Both the position numbers and the translations under genes were made by a program. Under the pieces are notes generated by a model. That model was not told the origin of the DNA. It ran no database searches and saw nothing but the letters and a program-made list of their open reading frames with translations. Shown in pieces: positions 29,263 to 39,028 of a stretch of DNA of 64,000 nucleotides; the stretch's first letter is position 1, and every line of letters starts with the position of its first letter. Origin of the DNA: a bacterium (GTDB lineage Bacteria; Patescibacteriota; Minisyncoccia; Portnoybacterales; GWB1-42-6); assembly GCA_043800535.1 (NCBI GenBank), contig JAZDMV010000023.1, forward strand, positions 27,264 to 91,263, read 5' to 3'.

Positions 29263-29790
29263 TTACCTCTTCGCCCACTGCGGAGATTTGCGCGCGGCCT
29301 TCAAGCCATATTTCTTCCTTTCTTTCATTCTCGGGTCGCGTTTAAGGTAGCCGGCCCGTTTCAGTTTTTTGCGGAAGTCAGCATTAAACTTAACCAGTGT
29401 CCTTGCAATGCCGTGCCGCAATGCTTCTGCCTGGGCGTGAATACCGCCACCAGAAACCTTCGCGACAACTTCAAATCTGTTAAGGGATTTTAACTTTCTC
29501 AAAGACGCCTCGGCTGTCTGCTGGAGTTCTTCCAGCGGGAAATATTCTTTGTATGTTTTCCCGTTGACGGTAATTTTCCCTTCGTCTTCCTCTAAGGGTT
29601 TTATGGTAAAAAGGCGGACTCTGGCAATCGCAGTTTTCCGGCGGCCAACAGCTTCATAATACTTTCTGAGCTTGCCGTTTTTTTCTTCCACTTCCTCTTC
29701 CTGCTTTTCAATCTCAATTTTCTCCTCAACAACGGCAGGAGCCGGCTTAGCCGTTTTTTTCGGTTTTGCGGTTTTCTTTTTAGTAGGCAT
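29263..29790 (-). CDS. rpsI: 30S ribosomal protein S9 with K/E-rich N-terminal extension
   Basis: GRRKTAIARV, GGGIHAQAEA and RDPRMKERKKYG motifs. Confidence 0.97.
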   Translation of the reverse strand: MPTKKKTAKPKKTAKPAPAVVEEKIEIEKQEEEVEEKNGKLRKYYEAVGRRKTAIARVRLFTIKPLEEDEGKITVNGKTYKEYFPLEELQQTAEASLRKLKSLNRFEVVAKVSGGGIHAQAEALRHGIARTLVKFNADFRKKLKRAGYLKRDPRMKERKKYGLKAARKSPQWAKR

Positions 29791-29792
29791 TT

Positions 29793-30143
29793 TTATAAGT
29801 TGATTTTTAGGCGCTTGATGACTTTGGCTCTAGTTTTATTCTTCGGCAGCATCCCGAGCACCGCCAGGCGCAGGACTTCGGCCGGATTTTTCGCAAATTT
29901 TTTTTCCAGCGTTTCTTTTCGCAAACCGCCCGGGTAACCTGAATGTTTATAGTAAATTTTCTGGCGCAATTTCTTGCCGCTGAATTTTAATTTTTCCACG
30001 CCAGAAACCTCAACGATATCGCCCGCGTCAACATGTTTTAAAAAAGATGGCTTCCCTTTTCCGCGCAAAAGCACAGACACATCGGCTGCCAAGCGTCCCA
30101 AAATTTTTCCCGTTGCGTCTATTTTATGTATTTTTGTTTCCAT
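29793..30143 (-). CDS. rplM: 50S ribosomal protein L13
   Basis: IDATGKILGRLA, HSGYPGG and GMLPKN motifs. Confidence 0.97.
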   Translation of the reverse strand: METKIHKIDATGKILGRLAADVSVLLRGKGKPSFLKHVDAGDIVEVSGVEKLKFSGKKLRQKIYYKHSGYPGGLRKETLEKKFAKNPAEVLRLAVLGMLPKNKTRAKVIKRLKINL

Positions 30144-30168
30144 AATGATTTTATCAATCGTCTCACGC

Positions 30169-30516
30169 TTATACTAGCTCAATTATCACCACCGCCGCGG
30201 CATCAGTTGTCCTTTGCCCCAGTTTTATGATTCTTGTATATCCACCAGCTCTTTCTTTGTATTTTGGCGCGACCTCTTTAATTAATTTTGCCACCGCCGG
30301 CTTTGGCAGAAACTTTTCTGCATTTCTTGCGCCTTCAATACCTCCTTTTTTTGCTTTCGTAATCAAACGTTCAACAAACCCGCGCATTTCTTTGGCCCGC
30401 GCTTCGGTCGTTTTTATTTTTCCGTTCATTATTAAATTCGCCGCCAGGCCTTTTAAGAATGCCTTGCGCTTGTCTCTCGTCCTGCCAAATTTTCTGCCTT
30501 TGTTTGCGTGTCTCAC
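30169..30516 (-). CDS. rplQ: 50S ribosomal protein L17
   Basis: MRH..GRKFGR, IKTTEARAKE and GGYTRI motifs. Confidence 0.97.
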   Translation of the reverse strand: MRHANKGRKFGRTRDKRKAFLKGLAANLIMNGKIKTTEARAKEMRGFVERLITKAKKGGIEGARNAEKFLPKPAVAKLIKEVAPKYKERAGGYTRIIKLGQRTTDAAAVVIIELV

Positions 30517-30519
30517 GTC

Positions 30520-30600
30520 ACCCTACGAATTTACTAATTTCTACAAATATTACGGATATAATATTTGTAAGATTGGTAATGATTCGTAATTTAGTAGGGT
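30520..30600. repeat. ~80-bp intergenic inverted repeat between rpoA and rplQ
   Basis: ACCCTACGAATTTAC...GATTCGTAATTTAGTAGGGT; near-identical to 32786-32880. Confidence 0.75.
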
Positions 30601-31541
30601 TATTTTAATTCAAAACCGTGCTTCTTCAACGCTTTTTTGATCTCTTTTATACCCTTATCTCCCATGCCCTCGATCTCTTTCAAAGACCCTTCGCTTTTTT
30701 TTGCCAAGCCGCCGAGCGTCTTTATTCCTGTCTCGACCAACGCATTAACTGTCCTGGTTGAAAGCTTTAATTCTTCAATTTTTATTTTAGTTGCTTCATC
30801 GCCCGCTTTTTCATCTTTGACCACGGCTTCTTTTTTTTCTTCTTCCTCCTCGCCTTTTTCCATCTCTAAAAATAGACCGAACTGGTCAACTAAAATTTTC
30901 GCTGCCTGAATAAACGCTCCTTCAGGCGAAATGCTGCCATCTGTTTCTATCTCGATTTTCAGCCGGTTAAAATCCGTTTGCTCGCCCACGCGCATATTCT
31001 CAACCTGAAAATTTGCTTTTGTCACCGGCGTGAAAAATGAGTCAATCGCAATCATTCCTATTTCCAGCTTCTCTTTTCTCCGTTTCTCCACCGGCACAAA
31101 TCCAAGCCCTTTTTCAACTTTTATTTCTATTTCCAGTTCCGCTTTTTTGTCGGATAGGCTTACGATGTGCGCATCTTTGTTTATAACTTCTATTTCAGAA
31201 CTTATTTTAATGTCGCCTGCTTTTACATCTTTCTGCCCCTTAGCCGAAAGAAAAACAGTTATCGGTTCTTCGCCATAATATCTGAATCTTATTTTCTTTA
31301 AATTTAAAATAATCTCAATCGCATCCTCGATCACGCCTGGAATTGTGGAAAATTCGTGCTGGACACCCTTGATTTTAAAACCGGTGGCCGCTGCACCAAC
31401 TAGAGAAGACAAAAGAACACGACGCAACGCATTACCCAACGTTATCCCATAACCAGGGTAACATCCCTCAATTTCAAAAACGGCGCGGTTTCCCTGCTTC
31501 TCAATGACCTTTGGTTTTTGAGGGAGAGGTATGTTTTGCAT
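30600..31541 (-). CDS. rpoA: RNA polymerase alpha subunit
   Basis: GYGITLGNALRRVLLSS, HEFSTIPGV and an alpha-CTD (LSTRTVNAL). Confidence 0.97.
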   Translation of the reverse strand: MQNIPLPQKPKVIEKQGNRAVFEIEGCYPGYGITLGNALRRVLLSSLVGAAATGFKIKGVQHEFSTIPGVIEDAIEIILNLKKIRFRYYGEEPITVFLSAKGQKDVKAGDIKISSEIEVINKDAHIVSLSDKKAELEIEIKVEKGLGFVPVEKRRKEKLEIGMIAIDSFFTPVTKANFQVENMRVGEQTDFNRLKIEIETDGSISPEGAFIQAAKILVDQFGLFLEMEKGEEEEEKKEAVVKDEKAGDEATKIKIEELKLSTRTVNALVETGIKTLGGLAKKSEGSLKEIEGMGDKGIKEIKKALKKHGFELK

Positions 31542-31548
31542 AAACTCG

Positions 31549-31632
31549 CCACTAATCCACGAATTGTCACGAATATCACGAATAAAGATTTAATTTATTA
31601 GCGTCATTCGTGTGTCATTTGTGTATTGGTGT
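31549..31632. repeat. (CACGAAT)n/(ATTCGTG)n inverted repeat in the rpsD-rpoA spacer
   Basis: CCACTAATCCACGAATTGTCACGAATATCACGAAT...ATTCGTGTGTCATTTGTGTATTGGTG. Confidence 0.6.
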
Positions 31633-31637
31633 CGCTA

Positions 31638-32267
31638 TTATCTTGAGTAAAACTCAACCACGAGAGACGCCGGATTTAAATCACCCAGGTCCTCGGCAGT
31701 TGGAACATTTAAAATTTTACCTTCTAATTTTTCTTTATCCAAAGAGATCCAGGCGGGAGTTTCGTATTTTTTCAATGTAGCCACCAAATCTTTCATCAAG
31801 TTTGATTCTTTTATTCTCGGCCTTAATTTAATTATCTGCCCTTTTTTTGTCTGATAAGAAGGGATGTCTACTCTTTTATCGTCAACTAAAATATGGCCGT
31901 GGTTGACCAGCTGTCGCGCCATTGCCCGCGATTTTGCCCAACCCAGACGGAATACCACGTTATCAAGCCTTGTTTCAAGCCGCCTCATGAAAATTTCGCG
32001 GGTATCTTTCTTTTCGGCTATCGCGTCTCTTACGTATTTGGCGAATTGGCGTTCAAGCACTCCGTAAGTTCTTTTCACCCGCTGTTTTTCCGCCAATTGT
32101 TTTCCGTATTCCGAGCCGCCGCCCCGGCGCTTTCTGCCACCTTTTCCGTGGATTCCCGGCGGATCAGGTCGTTTTACCATGGCGCATTTTTGCCCAAAAC
32201 AACGGTCTCCCTTCAAAAAGAGCTTTCCTCCTGCCCGTCTGCATTTTTTGCATGTTGCGTCTGCCAT
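31638..32267 (-). CDS. rpsD: 30S ribosomal protein S4 (Zn-binding type)
   Basis: CKKCRR..LFLKG, SEYGKQL, LETRLDNVV and VEFYSR motifs. Confidence 0.97.
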   Translation of the reverse strand: MADATCKKCRRAGGKLFLKGDRCFGQKCAMVKRPDPPGIHGKGGRKRRGGGSEYGKQLAEKQRVKRTYGVLERQFAKYVRDAIAEKKDTREIFMRRLETRLDNVVFRLGWAKSRAMARQLVNHGHILVDDKRVDIPSYQTKKGQIIKLRPRIKESNLMKDLVATLKKYETPAWISLDKEKLEGKILNVPTAEDLGDLNPASLVVEFYSR

Positions 32268-32318
32268 TGTTGTCTGACTTTATTAGAATAAACACTTCCG
32301 TCAAAATGTAACAAGACT

Positions 32319-32780
32319 TTAGACACGCCTAACTTTCGGCGGCCGGCATCCGTTATGCGGAATAGGCGTTACGTCCTTAATCGCTGCAATTTCAAGGCCG
32401 TGCGAGGCAAGCGCCCGGATAGCCGCTTCCCGGCCACTGCCAATTCCTCTCACATAAACCACCACTTCCCTCACTCCCATCTTTTTTACTTTTTCAATCA
32501 CCGCCTCAACAACTTTTGAAGCAGCAAAAGGCGTTGCCTTTTTCGGCCCCTTAAAACCCAAACCGCCTGAGCTTGCCCATCCCAAAACATCGCCAGCCAT
32601 ATCAGTCATGGTCAGCATAGTATTGTTATAACTTGATTTAATATATGCTTTTGCTTTCTCAACCCTTCTGCCCTTCACTTTTTCCACACCCGATACCGCC
32701 TTTTTCTGCGCGGCTGATACTTCCTGTTCTTCCTTTAGGGCTTCTTCTTCGGATTGAGCAATAATTTTTTTCTTTCCCAT
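32319..32780 (-). CDS. rpsK: 30S ribosomal protein S11
   Basis: SYNNT, KKATPFAA and DVTPIPHNGCRPPK motifs. Confidence 0.97.
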   Translation of the reverse strand: MGKKKIIAQSEEEALKEEQEVSAAQKKAVSGVEKVKGRRVEKAKAYIKSSYNNTMLTMTDMAGDVLGWASSGGLGFKGPKKATPFAASKVVEAVIEKVKKMGVREVVVYVRGIGSGREAAIRALASHGLEIAAIKDVTPIPHNGCRPPKVRRV

Positions 32781-32785
32781 GGCGT

Positions 32786-32880
32786 CCTACGAATTCACTA
32801 ATTTTTACATATATTACCTGCCGGCAGACAAACGAATATAATATTTGTAAAATTGGTAATGATTCGTAATTTAGTAGGGT
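32786..32880. repeat. Second copy of the 30520 repeat with a 16-nt insert in its loop
   Basis: Same arms plus CTGCCGGCAGACAAAC at 32818-32833. Confidence 0.75.
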
Positions 32881-32881
32881 T

Positions 32882-33271
32882 TTAAGTTTTTTCCGCCCCT
32901 GCCTTTCTTCCGCTGCCCATCGTCTTTCTTACATTCCCCCGGACGGTTCTGGTATTGGTCCGCGTGCGCTGGCCTCTGACCGGCAGACCTTTTATATGAC
33001 GGATTCCGCGGTATGAACCGATGTCTTTTAGTCGTTTAATATTCATCATTCTTTCCCTTCGCAGCTCACCTTCAATTTTATAGCTTTTTTCAACAATTTC
33101 TTTAAGAACGTTCAGCTGTTCGGCCGTCAGTTTATTGGCACGTAAATTCGGGTCAATTTTAGCCTGCGCCAAAATTTTGTTGCTCAAAGTCCGCCCTATG
33201 CCATAGATATAGGTAAGCGCGATTTCAATACGTTTATTGTCTGGTATGTTTATACCTGCAATACGTGGCAT
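32882..33271 (-). CDS. rpsM: 30S ribosomal protein S13
   Basis: MPRIAG start, LTYIYGIG and GLPVRGQRT motifs. Confidence 0.97.
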   Translation of the reverse strand: MPRIAGINIPDNKRIEIALTYIYGIGRTLSNKILAQAKIDPNLRANKLTAEQLNVLKEIVEKSYKIEGELRRERMMNIKRLKDIGSYRGIRHIKGLPVRGQRTRTNTRTVRGNVRKTMGSGRKAGAEKT

Positions 33272-33366
33272 TGTTTTAAATTCAATATCCAAATTTCCTA
33301 ATTTCTAAATTTTCGGCCTATCGGCGGAAAAAACAAGAAATTGGAAAATAAATAAGCTATAGAAAA

Positions 33367-33480
33367 TCATCCTTGCCTTTGTTTGTGTTTCTTGTTCACA
33401 CAGATAACATAAATTTTCCGCTTGCGGCGAACAATTTTGCATTTTGCACAAATCTTTTTAACTGATGCTCGAACTTTCAT
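33367..33480 (-). CDS. rpmJ: 50S ribosomal protein L36
   Basis: Manual translation [37 protein letters not shown]; below the ORF-track size cutoff. Confidence 0.96.
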   Translation of the reverse strand: MKVRASVKKICAKCKIVRRKRKIYVICVNKKHKQRQG

Positions 33481-33617
33481 GACAATAAAAATACGGATAC
33501 TTTAGGCGCAAAGCGCTTTATCCGTCTTTTGAGGATTCTGAACTGCAGATCTAGTGAACGCCTTTTCCTTCCAATAACCGGAAGGGTTAAGGCCTGATCT
33601 GCGTTCCGAAAGCCCTT

Positions 33618-33839
33618 TTAAGATAATCGAAGGATAATTCTACCTCTGTTTAAATCGTATTGGCTTATTTCTACCTTAACCCTGTCACCCGGCAAAATTC
33701 TTATGTGATTCATCCGCATCCGGCCCGATAAATGAGCCAGAATCTCTTCGCCGCCCTCCAACCGAACCTTGAAAACCGTGCTTGGCAAAGCCTCAATCAC
33801 TTCCCCTAATTTTGTTGTTTTATCGTTTTTATTAGCCAA
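33618..33839 (-). CDS. infA: Translation initiation factor IF-1
   Basis: [17 protein letters not shown] and IRILPGDRV motifs. Confidence 0.96.
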   Translation of the reverse strand: MANKNDKTTKLGEVIEALPSTVFKVRLEGGEEILAHLSGRMRMNHIRILPGDRVKVEISQYDLNRGRIILRLS

Positions 33840-33878
33840 TTTCGCTTATATTTAAATATATAACGGAATCTTTAATTA

Positions 33879-33967
33879 GTCAACCCCTCACATGGATGTT
33901 ACGTCGAATGGGCGTATTTGTATAAATTTTACACTGATTTTTAGTTTTCGCCATGTGAGGGGTCAAC
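33879..33967. mobile_element. Putative non-autonomous GTCAAC-CCC...GGG-GTCAAC palindromic element
   Basis: 13-bp perfect inverted repeat ACCCCTCACATGG/CCATGTGAGGGGT with direct GTCAAC at both ends. Confidence 0.5.
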
Positions 33968-35818
33968 AGTAACCCTTATTTTATCCAGTTGTTTGGGAAT
34001 TTTGCTGCTCCAGAATGGCCAGAGAGAAAAACGTGCTTCTTTTATCTCGGGCCGGCCAAACAGTACATCTTTTATTTCCTGCTCCTTCTTGCCAGCCGTA
34101 ATTTTTTTGATCTCTTCCGTGTCAACCTTCCAGACAACCTCTTGGCTCCCCTGCACTTTAAAGCTTAATTGCCCCTTTTCCATGTCAACTTTGATATCCT
34201 TATATTCAACCTGCGTCCGTTTTTGTATTTCTTTTGTGTCTGACAGAATATCCGCTAAATCGTTCTGAATCAGCCGCCAGATGTCTTCTTCCAAAAATAT
34301 AAGGGCTCGCGCCGTCGCTTTGATGGTCAGAGTAAATTTTTCTGCCTTGCCACCCACCTCAACCGACGGCTTAACTTCGCCCATCTGCGTGGCAAGCGCG
34401 CCCGAAACAAGCTTATACCCATTGGGAATTTGATCGGTTAATTCCTTCTCTGCCTTTTGCTTCAATAAGCCCCAAACTTTTTCTTTCGCCTTGTCAAAAT
34501 CCTCCTGCGTCATTACCCTGACGTTTTCAGTAGACCCGCCAGTCATTGCGTTCTGCGACTTGCCGTAAAAACCAGTATATTTTGGCGAGCCCTTGAATCC
34601 CGGAATGGTGAAATCAGCCGACCCTATATTATAGTCAACTCCTGGCTGATCTGCTTCAACATTTACGTCAAGCGAGCTTGCGATAATTTTTGCATCCTGT
34701 ACCTTTGCGCCCGGAATAGTGACTGTTTTTGTTAGACGATAGATTTTTCCCTGCGGGGAGAGGAATCGCGTTGTCTCAACCAATGTCTGCGGCTCGGAAC
34801 TATACGCGTTAAAAACTGTTATTACGCCTTTGGCTTTATCGTTCAGCTGCCGCTGGCCAGAAGCCGAAAATTCCGCAGTTTCCTTTTCCTCAAGTTTTAC
34901 AATCTGGCCGGGAATTTTATTGGCCGCGACATCCGCCTGGCCAACGTTTTTATCAGCAGTAATCTTAAGATCAATAGTAGCGTTGTCTCTCTTCGCGGCA
35001 ATTGTAATTTCCGCACTTGGCAGCATAAGTAAAAATACGAGACCTGCGATAACAATTGCCGCACCAATAAAAATTCCGAATATTTTAAGAGGCAATGCCT
35101 CCATAAGTCTGCCTGGCAGCAAACGACCTATGCCGCGTCCTTCTTGCATGTCTTCGCTTTTTGCGCGGCCTTTGTGCCGCCACATATAATTGCTGTAATC
35201 TTCCCGTGCCATCTCTGCTTTTTTTACACGCGGCTGTTCTTCTGATGTTTCTTCTGATTCTCTTTGCTTATGCAAAAATTTGGCTGCTCTTCCAAAAATA
35301 CTATTTTTGCCTGCCACAAATTTGCCGCTAGCAGGCCTGACGCCTCTGACAATGTCGCTCATCCGCGCCGGTATGCGTTTCCTTTCTTCTTTCAGCAAAC
35401 CAGCAAATTCATTTTCCGTAAGCTGTTCTTCCATAACTGTCTCGTTATCTTCTTCCTCCTCACTTTCCTCGTCCTGGCCTTCTTCGTTAGTTTCTGACGC
35501 ATATTCTTCATCTTTTTTTTCTTTTTCTTCCTCCTCCGTTTCGTCCTCCACCCCTGCCAGTTCATCAAGCGATTCACTCGCCTGAAAATCCGCTTTTTTA
35601 GCGAGACGAATCGCCGTCGGGTCTTGAGAAATAATAGTTACCTGTTTTCTTAAATTATCCGCTTCCCGTTTAAGCAATTTCAGATTTACCAAGCTCTGCG
35701 TGATTACGGCAGATATCGGAATAACCAAAAATACATCTCGTTTTTTTGCTTTTACGAGCCTGTCAATTACAGACGTAATTTCCTCGTCCGGCCTGATATA
35801 AATTATCTTTTCGTTCAT
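33941..35818 (-). CDS. Conserved CPR single-pass membrane protein with a baseplate-J-like C-terminal region
   Basis: DEEITSVIDRL/NLKLLKR N-domain, acidic linker, one TM, then AKGVITVFN..QTLVETTRF...GVDYNI..FTIPG. Confidence 0.7.
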   Translation of the reverse strand: MNEKIIYIRPDEEITSVIDRLVKAKKRDVFLVIPISAVITQSLVNLKLLKREADNLRKQVTIISQDPTAIRLAKKADFQASESLDELAGVEDETEEEEKEKKDEEYASETNEEGQDEESEEEEDNETVMEEQLTENEFAGLLKEERKRIPARMSDIVRGVRPASGKFVAGKNSIFGRAAKFLHKQRESEETSEEQPRVKKAEMAREDYSNYMWRHKGRAKSEDMQEGRGIGRLLPGRLMEALPLKIFGIFIGAAIVIAGLVFLLMLPSAEITIAAKRDNATIDLKITADKNVGQADVAANKIPGQIVKLEEKETAEFSASGQRQLNDKAKGVITVFNAYSSEPQTLVETTRFLSPQGKIYRLTKTVTIPGAKVQDAKIIASSLDVNVEADQPGVDYNIGSADFTIPGFKGSPKYTGFYGKSQNAMTGGSTENVRVMTQEDFDKAKEKVWGLLKQKAEKELTDQIPNGYKLVSGALATQMGEVKPSVEVGGKAEKFTLTIKATARALIFLEEDIWRLIQNDLADILSDTKEIQKRTQVEYKDIKVDMEKGQLSFKVQGSQEVVWKVDTEEIKKITAGKKEQEIKDVLFGRPEIKEARFSLWPFWSSKIPKQLDKIRVTVDPSHGEN

Positions 35819-35868
35819 TTTCAGACTATATTTTTAAAATTTATCTTGCCGCAAAGTAGTTTTTTAAG

Positions 35869-37128
35869 TTATGTCTGCATGAGCCGGATCGCCCTTTTCA
35901 ACATCGGCGCAAAAATGCCTTCATCGCCCAAAAGCTGGACCGATAAGCTGGCCAGCGCCAGAGGCGTCACGTCTTTTGGCTCCTTCAACTTTCCTGTTTT
36001 ATCTTCTATGCCTACAACCTGAGCCGGATCAATAAAATTAACTTCCGGCACCTGTAAAAGCGGCAAATCTTTTGCCCAGTCACCCGATTCCAGAGCTTTT
36101 TTTATTCCCGGCAAACTGCTGCCGCCGCCGCAAAGCAGAATTTTTGAAGGCAACGGGCTTAATTTGGAAAATTCGCTTAAGGCCAGACCCACCCCGCCGA
36201 GCCACACCTTTATGTCCTGTTTAAAAATATCAGAAATTTTTTTCTTAACGCCGCTCGAAATTTCTCCACGGCTATATTTTAGCTTTATCTGCTCGCCTTC
36301 TGTAAAATTAACCGCCAGATTATCACAAAGACGCTTGGTAAAAGCACGGCCGCCCAGAGCAAATGATTTTATTCCTTCAAGTCCGCCCTGGCGCAGAAGT
36401 GCGATATCCGTTGTGCCACCGCCGATATCAATAAAAATCACGTCGTTTTGATTTTCAATATCAATGCCTCTGGCAATCGCATATGGTTCGGCAGCTACAA
36501 AAAGCAGATCGAGATTCAAGGTCTTAGCAATAGAATTTATCGCGCCAAGATGGAGAAGCGGGGCGTAGGCATTAAAAATGCTGAGCGTTATCTCCTTGCC
36601 CTGAAAACCCAAAGGATTTGTCACCTGATATCCGTCAATTTTTACTTCAACGATTGTCGCGTTTATCATTTTTACCTCAATTTCGGAAATTCCGCTTTCC
36701 TCGGCCAGTTCCTGACGAATTTTATTGAACGCCTTCCATTGTATTTTCTGGATAATATTTTTGAGCTCCGGCATTTCTATCTTTTCCTTCGGCTCTTCCC
36801 GTTCGCAGGCAAAACTAAAAGTCGCTCCTTTGACAAATTCTCCGGCAATACCAATTATCGCCTGGCTGACTTTGGTTTTGGCCTCGGCCTCAACCGCCAA
36901 AATCGCTTTTTTACATGTGTCGGCCACGCCTTCTATGTCAGTCACCGCACCAGCTATCATATGCGCGATTTTTTGCGGCTCCAAAACCGCCCCCACGATC
37001 TGGCCGGCTCTTTTTTTCTCGTCTACTTTAACAATGAGTGCTTTTACAAATTCGGTGCCGATATCCAAAACCAAAACGCAATCGCCTTTTATTTTCCTTT
37101 TTCCGAAAATCTTATCAAAAATGCTCAT
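35869..37128 (-). CDS. FtsA-like actin-fold ATPase
   Basis: LDIGTEFVKA, AEPYA, IDIGGGTTD and LCGGGS motifs. Confidence 0.8.
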   Translation of the reverse strand: MSIFDKIFGKRKIKGDCVLVLDIGTEFVKALIVKVDEKKRAGQIVGAVLEPQKIAHMIAGAVTDIEGVADTCKKAILAVEAEAKTKVSQAIIGIAGEFVKGATFSFACEREEPKEKIEMPELKNIIQKIQWKAFNKIRQELAEESGISEIEVKMINATIVEVKIDGYQVTNPLGFQGKEITLSIFNAYAPLLHLGAINSIAKTLNLDLLFVAAEPYAIARGIDIENQNDVIFIDIGGGTTDIALLRQGGLEGIKSFALGGRAFTKRLCDNLAVNFTEGEQIKLKYSRGEISSGVKKKISDIFKQDIKVWLGGVGLALSEFSKLSPLPSKILLCGGGSSLPGIKKALESGDWAKDLPLLQVPEVNFIDPAQVVGIEDKTGKLKEPKDVTPLALASLSVQLLGDEGIFAPMLKRAIRLMQT

Positions 37129-37195
37129 TGAATTTTTCTCTCTTTCATTATACTAAAAACCGCCCCGCCAAACAATCATAAATATCCACCGCTCG

Positions 37196-39028
37196 TTATT
37201 CCAAAACGGCCTTGATGCGCCTAACCCCAGCCGAACTTGCCTCTTCCTTAACTATTTTGAATCTTCCTAATGCACTAGTCCGCTCAACGTGAGGACCGCC
37301 GCAAATTTCGCGACTGAAATTTCCGATACTATAAACCTTGACCCTCTCCCCGTATTTTGATTCAAACACGCCCATCGCGCCTTTGGCTTTTGCTTCGTCC
37401 AGCCCCATTTCTTTCATTGCCACCGGTAAGTCAGCCATAATTTGTTCATTGACAATCTCTTCAACTTTTTTAATTTCTTCTGGCGTCACTTTTTGTGGAT
37501 GCGAAAAGTCAAAACGCAATCTTTCGGCCGTGATATTTGAACCTTTCTGCGTGACATGATTGCCAAAGACTTGCCGCAACGCCTCAAGCATAAGGTGCGC
37601 GGTTGTATGATATTTGACCACTTGCTCGGAATGGTCCGCCAGCCCGCCTTTGAATTTCTGCTCTGCTCCGGCGCGAGAAAGTTCCTGATGCCTGATCAGC
37701 TCTAAATTGAATTCCTCCCTTAACTTCTTATCATTCGACCAATATCCATGATGCTCAAAGTATTCTTTCGTCATTTCGTAAGGGAAACCGTACGTTTGGT
37801 AAAAATCAAAAATTAATTTACCTGTTAAATCACCCTCTTTGATTTTCTCAATAAATTTTAGAGCCTTGTCTAGAGTAACAACAAACTTTTCTTCTTCCCT
37901 TACGAGCCGCTCTTCAATGAACGCACGATTATTATGCAACTCTGGATAAACGTTTCGGTACATTTCTATAACAACATCCGCGACCTTAAATGTAAAAATC
38001 TCACTAATGCCAAGCTGTTTGCCGTATCGCACAGCGCGGCGGATAAGACGTCGAAGCACATAGCCGCGTTCAACGTTTGACGGCTCAAGCCCTTCGGCCA
38101 AAATAAACGTCGCCGCTTTTATATGATCCGCTACAATGCGCACGGCGCGTGTTATTTCCAGCGTTTCGCCGTGTTTTTTCCCCGAAAGCTCCTCAGTCTT
38201 TTCAAAGATCGGATAAAATAATTCATTATCAAAAGTATCTGTTTTGCCGTTTAGAACAGAAATTGTCCTTTCGAGCCCCATGCCTGTGTCCACGTTCTGC
38301 TGTGACAATTTTTCATAAGTTCCGCCTTCGGTCTTATTGAATTCCATAAATACGTCGTTCCAAACTTCCATGATCCTGCCCGCATCCGCTTCTTCGCCAA
38401 AAGTTTTTTGAAGTGCGCCCAAATCCGGCGAAACGTCGTAAAACATTTCCGTGTCCGGCCCGCAGGGCCCGGTTTGGCCAGCCGGCCCCCACCAGTTATC
38501 TTTTGCGGGCAGGGGAAAAATCCGAAAATTTTCATTGCCGGCGATCGTTGTGCCAAACGCACAGACCTCGGCATTAATGCCCGCTTTGGCGAACTGCGTT
38601 TTCCAGGCATCAATTGATTCCTGGTCAATCGGCGAATTTTCGTCACCCATAAAAACACTTATGTATAACCTTTGCGGTTCAAGCCCCAGCCATTTTTTGT
38701 CAGTTAAAAATTCCCAGCTCCACTCAATCGCCTCTTTTTTAAAATAATCACCGAGCGACCAATTGCCCAACATCTCAAAAAAAGTTAAATGACGGTTGTC
38801 GCCAACGTCGTCAATATCGGTTGTGCGGATGCACTTTTGCGCGTCAGCCAGCCGCTTGCCGGCCGGATGGCTCTGTCCCAAAAGATACGGCACGAGCGGA
38901 TGCATTCCGGCAGTCGTAAAAAGTACGGTTGGGTCGTGTTCGGGAATCAAAGGAGCCGAGGGAATTACTGCATGCCCCTTTTCTTTCATAAAATCCAGGA
39001 ATTTTTTACGTAGTTCGTTTGCGGACAT
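37196..39028 (-). CDS. alaS: Alanine--tRNA ligase (short form without C-Ala domain)
   Basis: LFTTAGM, HLTFFEMLGN, VDTGMGLER, HTTAH and EICGGPHV motifs. Confidence 0.96.
   Translation of the reverse strand: MSANELRKKFLDFMKEKGHAVIPSAPLIPEHDPTVLFTTAGMHPLVPYLLGQSHPAGKRLADAQKCIRTTDIDDVGDNRHLTFFEMLGNWSLGDYFKKEAIEWSWEFLTDKKWLGLEPQRLYISVFMGDENSPIDQESIDAWKTQFAKAGINAEVCAFGTTIAGNENFRIFPLPAKDNWWGPAGQTGPCGPDTEMFYDVSPDLGALQKTFGEEADAGRIMEVWNDVFMEFNKTEGGTYEKLSQQNVDTGMGLERTISVLNGKTDTFDNELFYPIFEKTEELSGKKHGETLEITRAVRIVADHIKAATFILAEGLEPSNVERGYVLRRLIRRAVRYGKQLGISEIFTFKVADVVIEMYRNVYPELHNNRAFIEERLVREEEKFVVTLDKALKFIEKIKEGDLTGKLIFDFYQTYGFPYEMTKEYFEHHGYWSNDKKLREEFNLELIRHQELSRAGAEQKFKGGLADHSEQVVKYHTTAHLMLEALRQVFGNHVTQKGSNITAERLRFDFSHPQKVTPEEIKKVEEIVNEQIMADLPVAMKEMGLDEAKAKGAMGVFESKYGERVKVYSIGNFSREICGGPHVERTSALGRFKIVKEEASSAGVRRIKAVLE

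Noticed and set aside
33941-35818. Prophage, suggested by the baseplate-J-like domain
   Set aside because: It is a membrane-anchored gene among core genes with no other phage genes nearby
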